A DNA stretch of 64,000 nt from a candidate division TM6 bacterium GW2011_GWE2_36_25 (GTDB lineage Bacteria; Babelota; Babeliae; Babelales; UBA12409): assembly GCA_000991575.1 (NCBI GenBank), contig LBRU01000001.1, positions 8,462 through 72,461 of the forward strand. The letters are read 5' to 3'. Under the pieces are notes generated by a model. It did not search any database, had not been told where the DNA came from, and saw nothing but the letters and a program-made list of their open reading frames with translations. The number at the start of each line of letters is the position of its first letter. Positions within the stretch are counted from its first letter, which is position 1. The position numbers and the translations under genes were made by a program. Shown in pieces: positions 1 through 9,326 of the stretch.

Positions 1-2
1 TA

Positions 3-1289
3 CCGAAAGATCACGGCATTGTGGGCACCAGTTGGTTTAAAAATGGAAAAAAAATAGCCGTAAAAAATACAGCACCACAATCTCTCCTCCAATCAACAAT
101 CAATGATATCTTTATTAAACAAAATAAAAATAATCATGCATTTGCACTCTCTATTAAAAACTATGCAGCCCTCCTTACCGCTGGAAAGCGAACACCAGCT
201 ATCTGGTTCGAAACAAAAGATAATCAATTTCATGGAAATAATCTTACAAAAGAAACAGAACACACGCTGAACACCATGAATACCAAACTCAAAAAAATGT
301 TTAACTATCCCATTACATGGAGACTTGCTTATGAAAATAATGAATATTATACCTTTCCCCATATAAATAATTATTCATATGCATTCCCTGAATCATTTAT
401 TAATAAAACAATTAAAAATTCAGACCCAAACTTTTCGGAAATATTCATACGGTCACCTATTACCAACAAACTTCTTTTTAATGCAGCTGAGATCTATTTA
501 AAAAATGTTATGAAAGAAAATCCACAGCAAATTTTGTTATGGATCAGCTTAAACAGCCTTGATCAAGTAACTCATTACTTTGGCCCACAAAGCAAGGAAG
601 CTATCGATACAATCTATCACCTGGACCGCTACATACAGGAATTTATGAATGAAGTATCAATGATAATTAGCCCACGGGATACACTTTATGTACTTACCGC
701 AGACCATGGTTTTATCCAAATTCCCGAATTTACCAATGGAAAAAGTTTTCACGCTCCTACAATTAAAGAACAAATTAACAAAACTCTTGAAATGAAATAT
801 GGATACTCCAATCTTATCAAAGACTTGAGAACCCCTTTTGTTCACGTTAATCATGAGCAAATAAAAACATGTAACAGTCAGATTCAACAATCAATCCTAG
901 CTGATATTCAATTACTGCTTAAAAAACACCCGGCCATCGCCAAAATGTACAAGGTAATTGATTTTATTAAAAAAGATTACAAGATAGGCTCAAAAAAATG
1001 GCTCTTTAAAAATCTCATTCATCCCTCAAGAAGCGGAGACTTTATTTTTAAAGTAGCACGCAACACTCTTTTAAGAAACGAAAAAAACAAAACGGTTCAC
1101 AACACGCCATATCAAGAAAACCTTCATGTACCTCTCATTTTTTACCACCCAAACAAACGTGCACAAAAAATAGAAACACAGGTCTGGACACCGCAACTAA
1201 CTGCAACACTCGCCTCAATTCTTAATATAACACTAAGCCATCAAAGCCTTCCCCCATTACCTATAGCTACAAACGAATATAAAACTTAA
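3..1289 (+). CDS. Alkaline phosphatase superfamily protein (PafA/NPP-like), 5'-truncated by the window edge
   Basis: Frame is open from base 3 (PKDHGIVGT...). Motifs LDQVTHYFGP, LTADHG and HNTPY..HVPL. Paralog of the downstream gene. Confidence 0.85.
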   Translation, partial: PKDHGIVGTSWFKNGKKIAVKNTAPQSLLQSTINDIFIKQNKNNHAFALSIKNYAALLTAGKRTPAIWFETKDNQFHGNNLTKETEHTLNTMNTKLKKMFNYPITWRLAYENNEYYTFPHINNYSYAFPESFINKTIKNSDPNFSEIFIRSPITNKLLFNAAEIYLKNVMKENPQQILLWISLNSLDQVTHYFGPQSKEAIDTIYHLDRYIQEFMNEVSMIISPRDTLYVLTADHGFIQIPEFTNGKSFHAPTIKEQINKTLEMKYGYSNLIKDLRTPFVHVNHEQIKTCNSQIQQSILADIQLLLKKHPAIAKMYKVIDFIKKDYKIGSKKWLFKNLIHPSRSGDFIFKVARNTLLRNEKNKTVHNTPYQENLHVPLIFYHPNKRAQKIETQVWTPQLTATLASILNITLSHQSLPPLPIATNEYKT

Positions 1290-1344
1290 ATCTCTTTACT
1301 TCCATAGCAATAATTTGCAATTATAAAATAAAAGTGGAGGAGTT

Positions 1345-2877
1345 ATGATAAAAAGGTTGCTATTTGTCGCATGCATGCTTTTATTTGGTCATCTGGTCAA
1401 TGCAAAACCAAAAATAACTGTCGTCATGGTGATTGATCAGTTTGCAGCGCATTACTTGCCGAAACTAGATCCATATTTAAGCCATGGTTTTTATAATCTT
1501 TTACGCAATGGGGTCGTTTACACAAATGCATATTTGCCTTATGCAACAACTTCAACGGCCGTTGGTCATGCAAGCATTGGCACCGGCGCTCTTCCAAAAG
1601 ACCACGGCATTATTTACAATAAATGGCTTGATCAATATGGCAACAAGGTTGCACCAGAAGATGACAATGGTAAAAATATTATGCTACCAACACTTAATGC
1701 ACCATTCCTCGCTGAAAATAAAAATAATAAAGCACTTGCTATCTCGTTTAAACCACGAGCGACATTTGGCATGGCAGGAAAAACCGCCGCAGCAATTTGG
1801 TTTAATGAATCAACCGCACAATTTGAAACAAATAGTAATAGCTCACTTATCAATAAAATCCTAGCGCAATGGAATAAAAAAATAAAAAATTTAAGTCTTT
1901 CCTGGAAGCCAATTTATAACGATGAACGTTATTATCAATTTCCCCATATTCATGACTATCGATACGCAAGTGAACCAAAAATAATCAACACACAGGCCTC
2001 GCCAACTAACCCAGAAGAGTTTTCTGAGCGGTTTACAAAACTTCCCATAGCAAACGAAACCTTGCTCGACATGGCAACCGAATATATTAAGCAACAATAT
2101 CAAAATAATCCTGATGGCAACATCTTACTCTGGATTAGCCTCAGCCCTCTTGATAAAGTTGGCCATATTTACGGTCCATATAGTCAAGAAGTCGTCGATA
2201 TGATTTATCAACTTGATCATCAAATAGATTCTTTCATGAATAACGTAAATACTATTACCAGTGATGATACACTTTATGTTTTAACTGCTGACCATGGCGT
2301 TATGCCAATACCTGAACTCATCAAGGATCAGCATCCTTCAGCGTTTCGCCTTGATGAAGAAAGAATTGTTAAAAGTGTAAATAATAAAATAAAGAAAAAA
2401 TTAGGATACAACGACGCTATTGCCTGTCTCAAGGTACCTCATGTATTTTGTAATAAAAAATTAATAAAAAAATTATCACCGGATAAGAAAAATGAACTTC
2501 TTAATGCAATCAAGCAAGCTTTTAGAAAAGCTCCCGGCATACAAAATATTTACACGGAAGCAGAATTACTCCACATGAATCCACCACAAGGAACCGTTCA
2601 ATGGCTTCTAAAAAACAATGTTTACCCAACACGCAGTGGCGATCTCTTAGTAGAAATCAAGCCTTATACCATCATCAGCAAATATACGGGGGGGACTAAG
2701 CACCTCGCACCATATTCGTACAACACACATGTACCTCTCATTATTTATCAAAAAGGGCTTCATGAACGCAAAGTAATATCTCAAAAGTTATGGATGCCCC
2801 AAGTCACCGCAACACTTGCCAATGCTTTAGAAATTCCTCAACCATCGGAAAAAGTATTGCCCGCACTACCATTATAA
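1345..2877 (+). CDS. Secreted alkaline phosphatase family protein (PafA-like)
   Basis: GGAGG RBS and signal peptide. Motifs VIDQF, TTSTAVGH (Thr nucleophile), SFKPR, LDKVGH, TADHG and HLAPY..THVPL. Confidence 0.9.
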   Translation: MIKRLLFVACMLLFGHLVNAKPKITVVMVIDQFAAHYLPKLDPYLSHGFYNLLRNGVVYTNAYLPYATTSTAVGHASIGTGALPKDHGIIYNKWLDQYGNKVAPEDDNGKNIMLPTLNAPFLAENKNNKALAISFKPRATFGMAGKTAAAIWFNESTAQFETNSNSSLINKILAQWNKKIKNLSLSWKPIYNDERYYQFPHIHDYRYASEPKIINTQASPTNPEEFSERFTKLPIANETLLDMATEYIKQQYQNNPDGNILLWISLSPLDKVGHIYGPYSQEVVDMIYQLDHQIDSFMNNVNTITSDDTLYVLTADHGVMPIPELIKDQHPSAFRLDEERIVKSVNNKIKKKLGYNDAIACLKVPHVFCNKKLIKKLSPDKKNELLNAIKQAFRKAPGIQNIYTEAELLHMNPPQGTVQWLLKNNVYPTRSGDLLVEIKPYTIISKYTGGTKHLAPYSYNTHVPLIIYQKGLHERKVISQKLWMPQVTATLANALEIPQPSEKVLPALPL

Positions 2878-2879
2878 GA

Positions 2880-2930
2880 AAAGAAGAACCGCACGAAGAT
2901 CATAAAAAGATCTTCGTGCGGTTCTTCTTT
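2880..2930. terminator. Bidirectional intrinsic terminator (22-bp perfect inverted repeat)
   Basis: AAAGAAGAACCGCACGAAGATC-ataaaaa-GATCTTCGTGCGGTTCTTCTTT between convergent genes. Confidence 0.85.
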
Positions 2931-2964
2931 AAAATTACGTTTAAAAACTTTGGAGTAAAGATAA

Positions 2965-3582
2965 TTATATCAATGCTTTCAAAACTAACTGACTCCATGT
3001 TTCAAACTTTGACAAATCAGTAATTGAAGATAATTTAACCATATTACCTTCTTTGAGCTCTGAACGAACTTGAATATTTGACGTTTCCCCTTTGATCAAA
3101 AAGACAAATCCCAAATGCACCTGGCCAACACTATTGGTGTCATCATTTACAATGCCAAGAGGTTCAAATTCAAATTTATCATGATAGACAACTTCTTCGT
3201 GAAATTCACGACACGCCCAATCAAAAATTGTTGAACCTAATAAATCTTCTTTTCGAATATGGCCACCAATGCCAACACTCAATTTACTCGCCAACCGTTG
3301 TTCGGATGCGGTTGATTTCCGTTGCACAACAAAAACATGATCTTCATGAGTAAAAACCAAATATGGAATAATCTGTTTATAATGTGGATCATTTTCCATT
3401 GCTATGCGCGACTGAAACTGTCCATGACGTTCAATAGCCCACATATACCAATCATAATCCAACTGCTTCAAACCATACCATGCCGGCTCAGGCTGAAAAA
3501 CAATATCACGACGTATGACTAAAATTTGCTCATCTTGAACCGCTGGACTTGGCTGTGTGAATAATTGCTTTTGCATATTCAT
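2965..3582 (-). CDS. NUDIX-family phosphoesterase (YmaB/COG4112-like)
   Basis: Motifs E.DP.YKQIIPY, SVGIGGHI, REFHEEV (Nudix box) and VGQVHLG. Confidence 0.85.
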   Translation of the reverse strand: MNMQKQLFTQPSPAVQDEQILVIRRDIVFQPEPAWYGLKQLDYDWYMWAIERHGQFQSRIAMENDPHYKQIIPYLVFTHEDHVFVVQRKSTASEQRLASKLSVGIGGHIRKEDLLGSTIFDWACREFHEEVVYHDKFEFEPLGIVNDDTNSVGQVHLGFVFLIKGETSNIQVRSELKEGNMVKLSSITDLSKFETWSQLVLKALI

Positions 3583-3586
3583 CCCC

Positions 3587-3704
3587 TGTGAGATGTTTGT
3601 TGGTAAACTTATTCTATTAATTTCTAAATTGCAAGCGCGTGTAGGGAAAAGGCCTTGTTACCAAGGCCCTCGCTCTCATACATCTCCCATTCCACCGCAC
3701 TGCT
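3587..3704. promoter_or_regulatory. GC-rich structured intergenic element, candidate cis-regulatory RNA
   Basis: Stem GGCCTTG/CAAGGCC with a GUAA loop on the minus strand. GAGATGT (3589-3595) is complementary to ACATCTC (3680-3686), next to the NUDIX RBS. Confidence 0.3.
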
Positions 3705-3882
3705 TAATTACAGATGAATTGAAAAAACATTAGAACAAGAATAAAAAAATAACAAGTCTTTTTTTATTCTTTATAAAAAATTCATAAAAATCATCTTATC
3801 ACAATTATTTTCAATCTATGATATAATCTAAAAATTAAGAGTTCTCATTAACCATCCACTATTAATTTACAAGGATGCTCCA

Positions 3883-5043
3883 ATGAAAAAAGTAACAATA
3901 TCTGAAATTTGTATAATCGGCCTCGCAATATTTTCCATGCTCTTTGGTGCAGGCAATATTATGCTTGCCATTAATGTTGGCATGCGCGCAGGATTCCATT
4001 TTACCTGGGCGAATTTCTCATTTATTTTAACGTCAGTAATCATGCCAATTGCAGGCTTAATTGCAGTCGTCCTTTTCAATGGTGATTACAATGAATATTT
4101 TAATCGACTCGGTAAAATTCCAGGGCAAGCACTCATCTTTCTGATCATGTTAATCATCGGCCCACTTAATGTCATTCCTCGCATCATTACACTCTCTCAT
4201 ACCATGCTTGAGCAATTTTTACCAAACAATAGCCTCGCTCCTTTTGCTATCGCATTTCTTCTACTTACATTTTTAGCAACTGTTAAAGAAAGTAAGGTTA
4301 TCTCTTTACTTGGTCGAATTATTAGCCCAACACTTATCATAGCACTTCTGGTAATTATCGTTGTTGGTATGTTCAAAACCGGCACCGTTATACCAACCAC
4401 CAGTTCACTCTGGGAAATTTTCTGGCGTGAAAGCAAATATGGATTTGTTACGTTCGATCTCTTAGGAACCATCTTTTTCGGATCAATAGTTATCAATCTC
4501 TTAAAAAAAGATTCTCAAGAAAAACTCAGTCAACAATCCACTTTGCGCGCTTCGTTATATGGCGGATTACTTGGAAGCGCACTTCTTGGCATAGTCTATG
4601 TTGGCCTCGCCTGGGTCGGCAATAAACAGAGTTACGGATTAACCTATATAAATGAAGGCGAACTTTTACGCGAAATTGCCTTACGAATTCTCGGACCCTG
4701 GGGTCTTTTGTTTATGGCTACTGCTGTATTTATGGCATGCTTTTCAACAGCTATTGCATTAATGGTTGTTGTAAGTGAATACATTCAAAAAAATGTTTCT
4801 CGCAATAAGCTGAGCTACATACAATCACTCATCGCCGTTCACCTTGCTACTTATTTTCCATCAACGATGGGACTCAGCGCTGCCATGAGTCTTTCAATTG
4901 GACCTGTTGCAAGCATCATTTACCCTATTGTAATGATGATAACTGCATGCAATTTGGCTTATAAATTCTTAGGCTTTAAATCAATCAAAATGCCAACACT
5001 TATTACGGCTATTATTTCAACTGTGCTATACTTGGCACTATAA
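3883..5043 (+). CDS. brnQ: Branched-chain amino acid:cation symporter (LIVCS family)
   Basis: N-terminal GLAIFSMLFGAGNI signature, IGPL..IPR, GF.T.DLL and about 11-12 hydrophobic segments. Confidence 0.9.
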   Translation: MKKVTISEICIIGLAIFSMLFGAGNIMLAINVGMRAGFHFTWANFSFILTSVIMPIAGLIAVVLFNGDYNEYFNRLGKIPGQALIFLIMLIIGPLNVIPRIITLSHTMLEQFLPNNSLAPFAIAFLLLTFLATVKESKVISLLGRIISPTLIIALLVIIVVGMFKTGTVIPTTSSLWEIFWRESKYGFVTFDLLGTIFFGSIVINLLKKDSQEKLSQQSTLRASLYGGLLGSALLGIVYVGLAWVGNKQSYGLTYINEGELLREIALRILGPWGLLFMATAVFMACFSTAIALMVVVSEYIQKNVSRNKLSYIQSLIAVHLATYFPSTMGLSAAMSLSIGPVASIIYPIVMMITACNLAYKFLGFKSIKMPTLITAIISTVLYLAL

Positions 5044-5068
5044 AAAAGATCTTGTCCAAGGATAATAA

Positions 5069-7519
5069 ATGACTTACGAGCCACAAAAAATTCAAAAAAA
5101 ATGGCAAAAACGGTGGGAAGAAAAATCAATCATACACGTACAACAATCAACAGAAAATATTAAAAAATATTATTGTCTCGACATGTTTCCCTATCCATCA
5201 GGAGCAGGACTTCACATAGGACATTGGAAAAGTTACGTCCTTTCAGATATTTATACACGCATAAAGTGGCTTCAAAAATACAACGTCCTTCATCCAATGG
5301 GATGGGATGCTTTTGGTCTGCCAGCAGAAAATGCTGCAATTAAAGAAGGAATTCATCCACGCGTAAGCACCGAAAGAAATGTAAAAAATTTTAAAAGACA
5401 GCTCACTGAAATTGGCGCCTTATATGATTGGTCTAAAGAGATAAATACGACTGATCCTGATTATTATAAATGGACACAATGGATCTTTTTACAAATGTAT
5501 AAAGCTGGATTAGCTTATCGTGCAAATATGCCGATTAATTGGTGTCCCTCTTGTAAAACAGGTCTTGCCAATGAAGAAGTTATTAATGGTGCATGCGAAC
5601 GTTGTGGTACACATGTCATACAAAGACAGATTCCACAATGGATGTTAAAAATCACTGATTACGCAGAAAAACTTTTAGATGGACTTGATAAATTAGATTG
5701 GTCAGAAAAAGTTAAACAGATGCAACGCAACTGGATTGGCAAAAGCTATGGTTGCAAAATTATTTTCAAAACGCAAGATCATCATGGAAATGAAATCGAG
5801 CTTCCCGTATTTACAACACGCCCCGATACTATTTTTGGTGCAACATATCTCGTCTTAGCTCCTGAACTCGATTACGTACTTGATATTGTAACGCCCGAAC
5901 AATTTGATGCAGTGCGCGCTTATCGCGAGAAAGTGCAAAAAATGTCATCTTTCGAGCGACAACTTGATAAAGAAAAAAGTGGCGTATTTACGGGCGCCTA
6001 TGCAAAATGCCCAATATCAGAAAAAAAACTTCCCATTTATATAGCCAGTTACGTCTTACCTGATTATGGTACTGGCATGATCATGGCCGTTCCAGCACAT
6101 GATGAACGTGATTTTGAATTTGCCAAGAAACATGATCTACCAATCGTACAAGTTATCGATTCTCCTGAAGCAAAAAAAGATGCACAAGGAAATCTCATTG
6201 AACCTTACACAGGTGAAGGCACCTTAATTAACAGTGATTTTCTCAGCGGCTTGGATGCCAAAACAAGTGGCATAGAAACCATATGCAATTATATTGAAGA
6301 AAAAGGTATTGGAAAAAGAGAAGTTCAATATAAATTACGTGATTGGATATTTTCACGCCAACGTTACTGGGGAGAACCAATTCCACTGATTTATTGCGAT
6401 AAATGTGGAATCGTTCCGGTACCAGAAGACAAATTACCAGTTTTTCTTCCCGATGTTGAAAAATATGAACCTACTGGCACTGGAGAATCTCCTTTAGCAG
6501 CTATCAAAGAATGGGTTAATACCTCGTGCCCCCAATGCGGTGGACCTGCAAAAAGAGAAACAAATACGATGCCTCAATGGGCAGGATCATGCTGGTACTT
6601 TTTACGATATCCAAATCCACAACTCAAAGACAAACCATGGACACTTGAAGAAATTTCTTATTGGCTTCCAGTTGACCTCTATGTTGGTGGTATTGAACAC
6701 GCTATTTTACACCTTCTTTACGCTCGTTTTTACGTAAAAGTTCTTGCTGATTTGGGCTATTTGCCTTTTGATGAACCATTTAAAAAACTTTTCAATCAAG
6801 GCATGATTCTCAAATATTCAGAAAAAAGCGGCCAAGTTGAAAAAATGTCCAAATCAAAAGGCAATGTTGTTAATCCTGACGACATCGTGAGTGCTTATGG
6901 CTCAGATATTCTCCGTTTATATATCATGTTTATGGGACCGCCAGAACTTGATTGCGAGTGGCAAGATAATGGACTAGAAGGAATGCGCAGATTCCTTAAT
7001 AAATTCTGGAATTATTTTACCAATCCTCAAACTATTTTGCCCGATAATGAAAAAGAAGATCAAAAAGCATCACAACGGGTGAGCATCTTTTTAAAAGAAT
7101 TCCAAGAACGAATTGAAAATTTCAAACCCAACACAGCGATTTCGGCCGCTATGGAATTTATTAATGACGCAAGCACACAAGAGTTACGACTCAGCAAAAA
7201 GAGCGCAGAGGCGATTTTAACCTCCTTATCAATCTTCGCTCCATTTATCACCAGTGAATTATTAGAAAAATTATTTAATAAAAAACTTTCTGAATGCACA
7301 TGGCCAACATACGACAAAAAACTCGTAGCTTCACAACCCGTAACGATCGTCATTCAAATAAATGGAAAAACACGCGCAAGTTTTGAAACTGAAAAAGACA
7401 CAACTAAAGAAATGATTCTAACAGAAGCCCATAAAGTAGCGCAACGATGGCTTGAAGGCAAAAAAATTATTAAAACTATTTTTGTACCAAACCGACTTAT
7501 AAATTTTGTTATTAAGTAA
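5069..7519 (+). CDS. leuS: Leucine--tRNA ligase
   Basis: MFPYPSGAGLHIGH (HIGH), VFTTRPDT editing domain, SRQRYWGEPIP and KMSKS. Confidence 0.98.
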   Translation: MTYEPQKIQKKWQKRWEEKSIIHVQQSTENIKKYYCLDMFPYPSGAGLHIGHWKSYVLSDIYTRIKWLQKYNVLHPMGWDAFGLPAENAAIKEGIHPRVSTERNVKNFKRQLTEIGALYDWSKEINTTDPDYYKWTQWIFLQMYKAGLAYRANMPINWCPSCKTGLANEEVINGACERCGTHVIQRQIPQWMLKITDYAEKLLDGLDKLDWSEKVKQMQRNWIGKSYGCKIIFKTQDHHGNEIELPVFTTRPDTIFGATYLVLAPELDYVLDIVTPEQFDAVRAYREKVQKMSSFERQLDKEKSGVFTGAYAKCPISEKKLPIYIASYVLPDYGTGMIMAVPAHDERDFEFAKKHDLPIVQVIDSPEAKKDAQGNLIEPYTGEGTLINSDFLSGLDAKTSGIETICNYIEEKGIGKREVQYKLRDWIFSRQRYWGEPIPLIYCDKCGIVPVPEDKLPVFLPDVEKYEPTGTGESPLAAIKEWVNTSCPQCGGPAKRETNTMPQWAGSCWYFLRYPNPQLKDKPWTLEEISYWLPVDLYVGGIEHAILHLLYARFYVKVLADLGYLPFDEPFKKLFNQGMILKYSEKSGQVEKMSKSKGNVVNPDDIVSAYGSDILRLYIMFMGPPELDCEWQDNGLEGMRRFLNKFWNYFTNPQTILPDNEKEDQKASQRVSIFLKEFQERIENFKPNTAISAAMEFINDASTQELRLSKKSAEAILTSLSIFAPFITSELLEKLFNKKLSECTWPTYDKKLVASQPVTIVIQINGKTRASFETEKDTTKEMILTEAHKVAQRWLEGKKIIKTIFVPNRLINFVIK

Positions 7520-7560
7520 AAAAGTGGCCGAGTTTTCAATTTAACTCGGCCACTTTTTTA
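7517..7560. terminator. Bidirectional intrinsic terminator
   Basis: TAAAAAAGTGGCCGAGTT...AACTCGGCCACTTTTTTA inverted repeat between convergent genes. Confidence 0.9.
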
Positions 7561-7573
7561 AATAGAGATTTTC

Positions 7574-9277
7574 TTAAATCTTGTGTCCCTTAAATAAAAT
7601 GTATTCTACCCCAAATTTATCAGTAATCTTAATCAGAAACATATTTTCAATAATTGTATATTCTTCCGATGAAGACATCGCCTTCTTTTCATCTTCTTCA
7701 ATTAAAACTTCTTCAGGTTGCTCCAAAAATGGCCTTCCCTTATCTATTGCTTCTTTTAAATCTTGTTCATTCTTATCATGAAAAAAGCGATGAATCACTG
7801 TCTGCGTTTCCTTATTGTAAGCAATTGCAAAATATCCTATGAGCATTTCTTCCCCCGGAATCTTAATTGCACCAGGAAAATTAAGCACGCGATAGTCTCT
7901 ACCTTTTTTATGATAATCATTTTCAATAGCTAAATGTCTAAATTCCTGCTCAATGCAAAAAGGAAGACGGTGACGAATAATAGTCTCTTTTTTTGGCAAT
8001 AATGATTTGGGGTTTGCCGGATCACAATATCCTTGGCGCTTAAAAGCTTCCTCCTCATCATTATGCCAATCTAATACGCGAAAATCATAATCTTGAAAAA
8101 TAGGCTCAGAACGAGGAAAATCAAAGTTCAAATTAAATTCATCTGATTCACTTGCAATGGAAATTGAAGATAGATCCTCGCATAAAACATTTTCTGCATC
8201 ATCCTTTTCTGATTCCTCTTTAAACACTAAACTCTTTTTTTTGCCCTTCTTTTTGCGAGAATATCTTTTCTTCTTACCAATTTTAGTAATCTTTTCAGTT
8301 TTTTCGATGCAAGATTCTTCTTTTTCTATTTTTTCATGAGGAATCTTTTTATCAGGATCTTCAAAAGATAATAAATGGGATAGTAAATCTTCTCCTTTAA
8401 AAAACCAGCTTTTGCGTTTTTCTGGATTATCTTGAGTTAATCTAGAAAATTTTTCTATCGATGATTCATAAAGTTTATCAAATTTTGGTTTCAAATCTTT
8501 ATAAAACTTAACCAGCCTGTCACAGGCTGATGCATATTTGTCTTCCGAAAATACGTTATGAACCACTCCCTCTTTAAGTCGAGAAATATCCATCAATATG
8601 AAATAAGCACACGCAGGATAACAGTATTCTCTTATACAATCAATCAGACTGTTCATATCAACTTCAGGCATCATTGAAAACAATCTTACTGCTTCCTCCT
8701 TATATTCATCCGCTAAATCTTTATAACAGTCCGTCTTTTTTATATATAAAGCTGCCTGCAACTGTTTATCAGCAACTCTGCTAATTAAAAAATCTAGCAA
8801 TCGTATTCGTTGTACAATGCTTAAATTCTTTCTGTCGGCATTTTCTAATATAAGATTAATACTTTTTAATTCAGGAGAATCTTTAATATCAACTTCATAA
8901 GAATAATCTCCATCGCTATCACGCCGCTTGCTCAACCATGAAAAATGTTTATTAAAAAAATCAACCAGTCGCAAATTTTCTTGTACCGCCCATCTAAGAG
9001 ACGCTACTGAAACAATCAATCGATCCTGCCAAGCAAGAAAGTTCGCTATAAGATGCAATCTACCTACATAAGAATCGAAAGTTTCTCGATGAAGCTTTTT
9101 TATCTCCAAATCAGGCAACTCTTCTTTTTGTCGTCGATCTGAATCCCATTTTGCTTTTTTTCCCTTAATAGAAGATTCGCAATGATTTACAGCTTCTTCC
9201 CATGTAAGTTGCTTTTTCATCGAATTACAAGAAAAAATAAGCCCTAAAATAAAAATAAATGAACATAATTTCTTCAC
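7574..9277 (-). CDS. Hypothetical secreted protein with a Lys/Arg-rich NLS-like tract
   Basis: Likely start is GTG at 9277 after GGAGG (the ORF track extends to 9337). Leader MKKLCSFIFILGLIFSCNS. Internal KIGKKKRYSRKKKGKKKS. Confidence 0.8.
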   Translation of the reverse strand: MKKLCSFIFILGLIFSCNSMKKQLTWEEAVNHCESSIKGKKAKWDSDRRQKEELPDLEIKKLHRETFDSYVGRLHLIANFLAWQDRLIVSVASLRWAVQENLRLVDFFNKHFSWLSKRRDSDGDYSYEVDIKDSPELKSINLILENADRKNLSIVQRIRLLDFLISRVADKQLQAALYIKKTDCYKDLADEYKEEAVRLFSMMPEVDMNSLIDCIREYCYPACAYFILMDISRLKEGVVHNVFSEDKYASACDRLVKFYKDLKPKFDKLYESSIEKFSRLTQDNPEKRKSWFFKGEDLLSHLLSFEDPDKKIPHEKIEKEESCIEKTEKITKIGKKKRYSRKKKGKKKSLVFKEESEKDDAENVLCEDLSSISIASESDEFNLNFDFPRSEPIFQDYDFRVLDWHNDEEEAFKRQGYCDPANPKSLLPKKETIIRHRLPFCIEQEFRHLAIENDYHKKGRDYRVLNFPGAIKIPGEEMLIGYFAIAYNKETQTVIHRFFHDKNEQDLKEAIDKGRPFLEQPEEVLIEEDEKKAMSSSEEYTIIENMFLIKITDKFGVEYILFKGHKI

Positions 9278-9326
9278 AATTAATCCTCCAAAAATTTCAT
9301 AAAAATTAAAAAAACACTTATTAAAG

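Noticed and set aside
2880-2930. 22-bp perfect inverted repeat as a MITE or CRISPR repeat
   Set aside because: Single copy, directly between convergent stop codons with A/T tails; best explained as a bidirectional terminator.
3633-3704. Possible tRNA-Leu remnant or group II intron 3' end
   Set aside because: GGTGGAATGGGAGA resembles a D-loop but there is no anticodon arm or TTCGA T-arm. GGTAAC...CCCTAC resembles intron domain VI but there is no domain V and no RT. Kept only as an unassigned element.
3720-3882. T-box leader for brnQ-leuS
   Set aside because: No GGTGGTACC-type T-box or terminator/antiterminator is visible.
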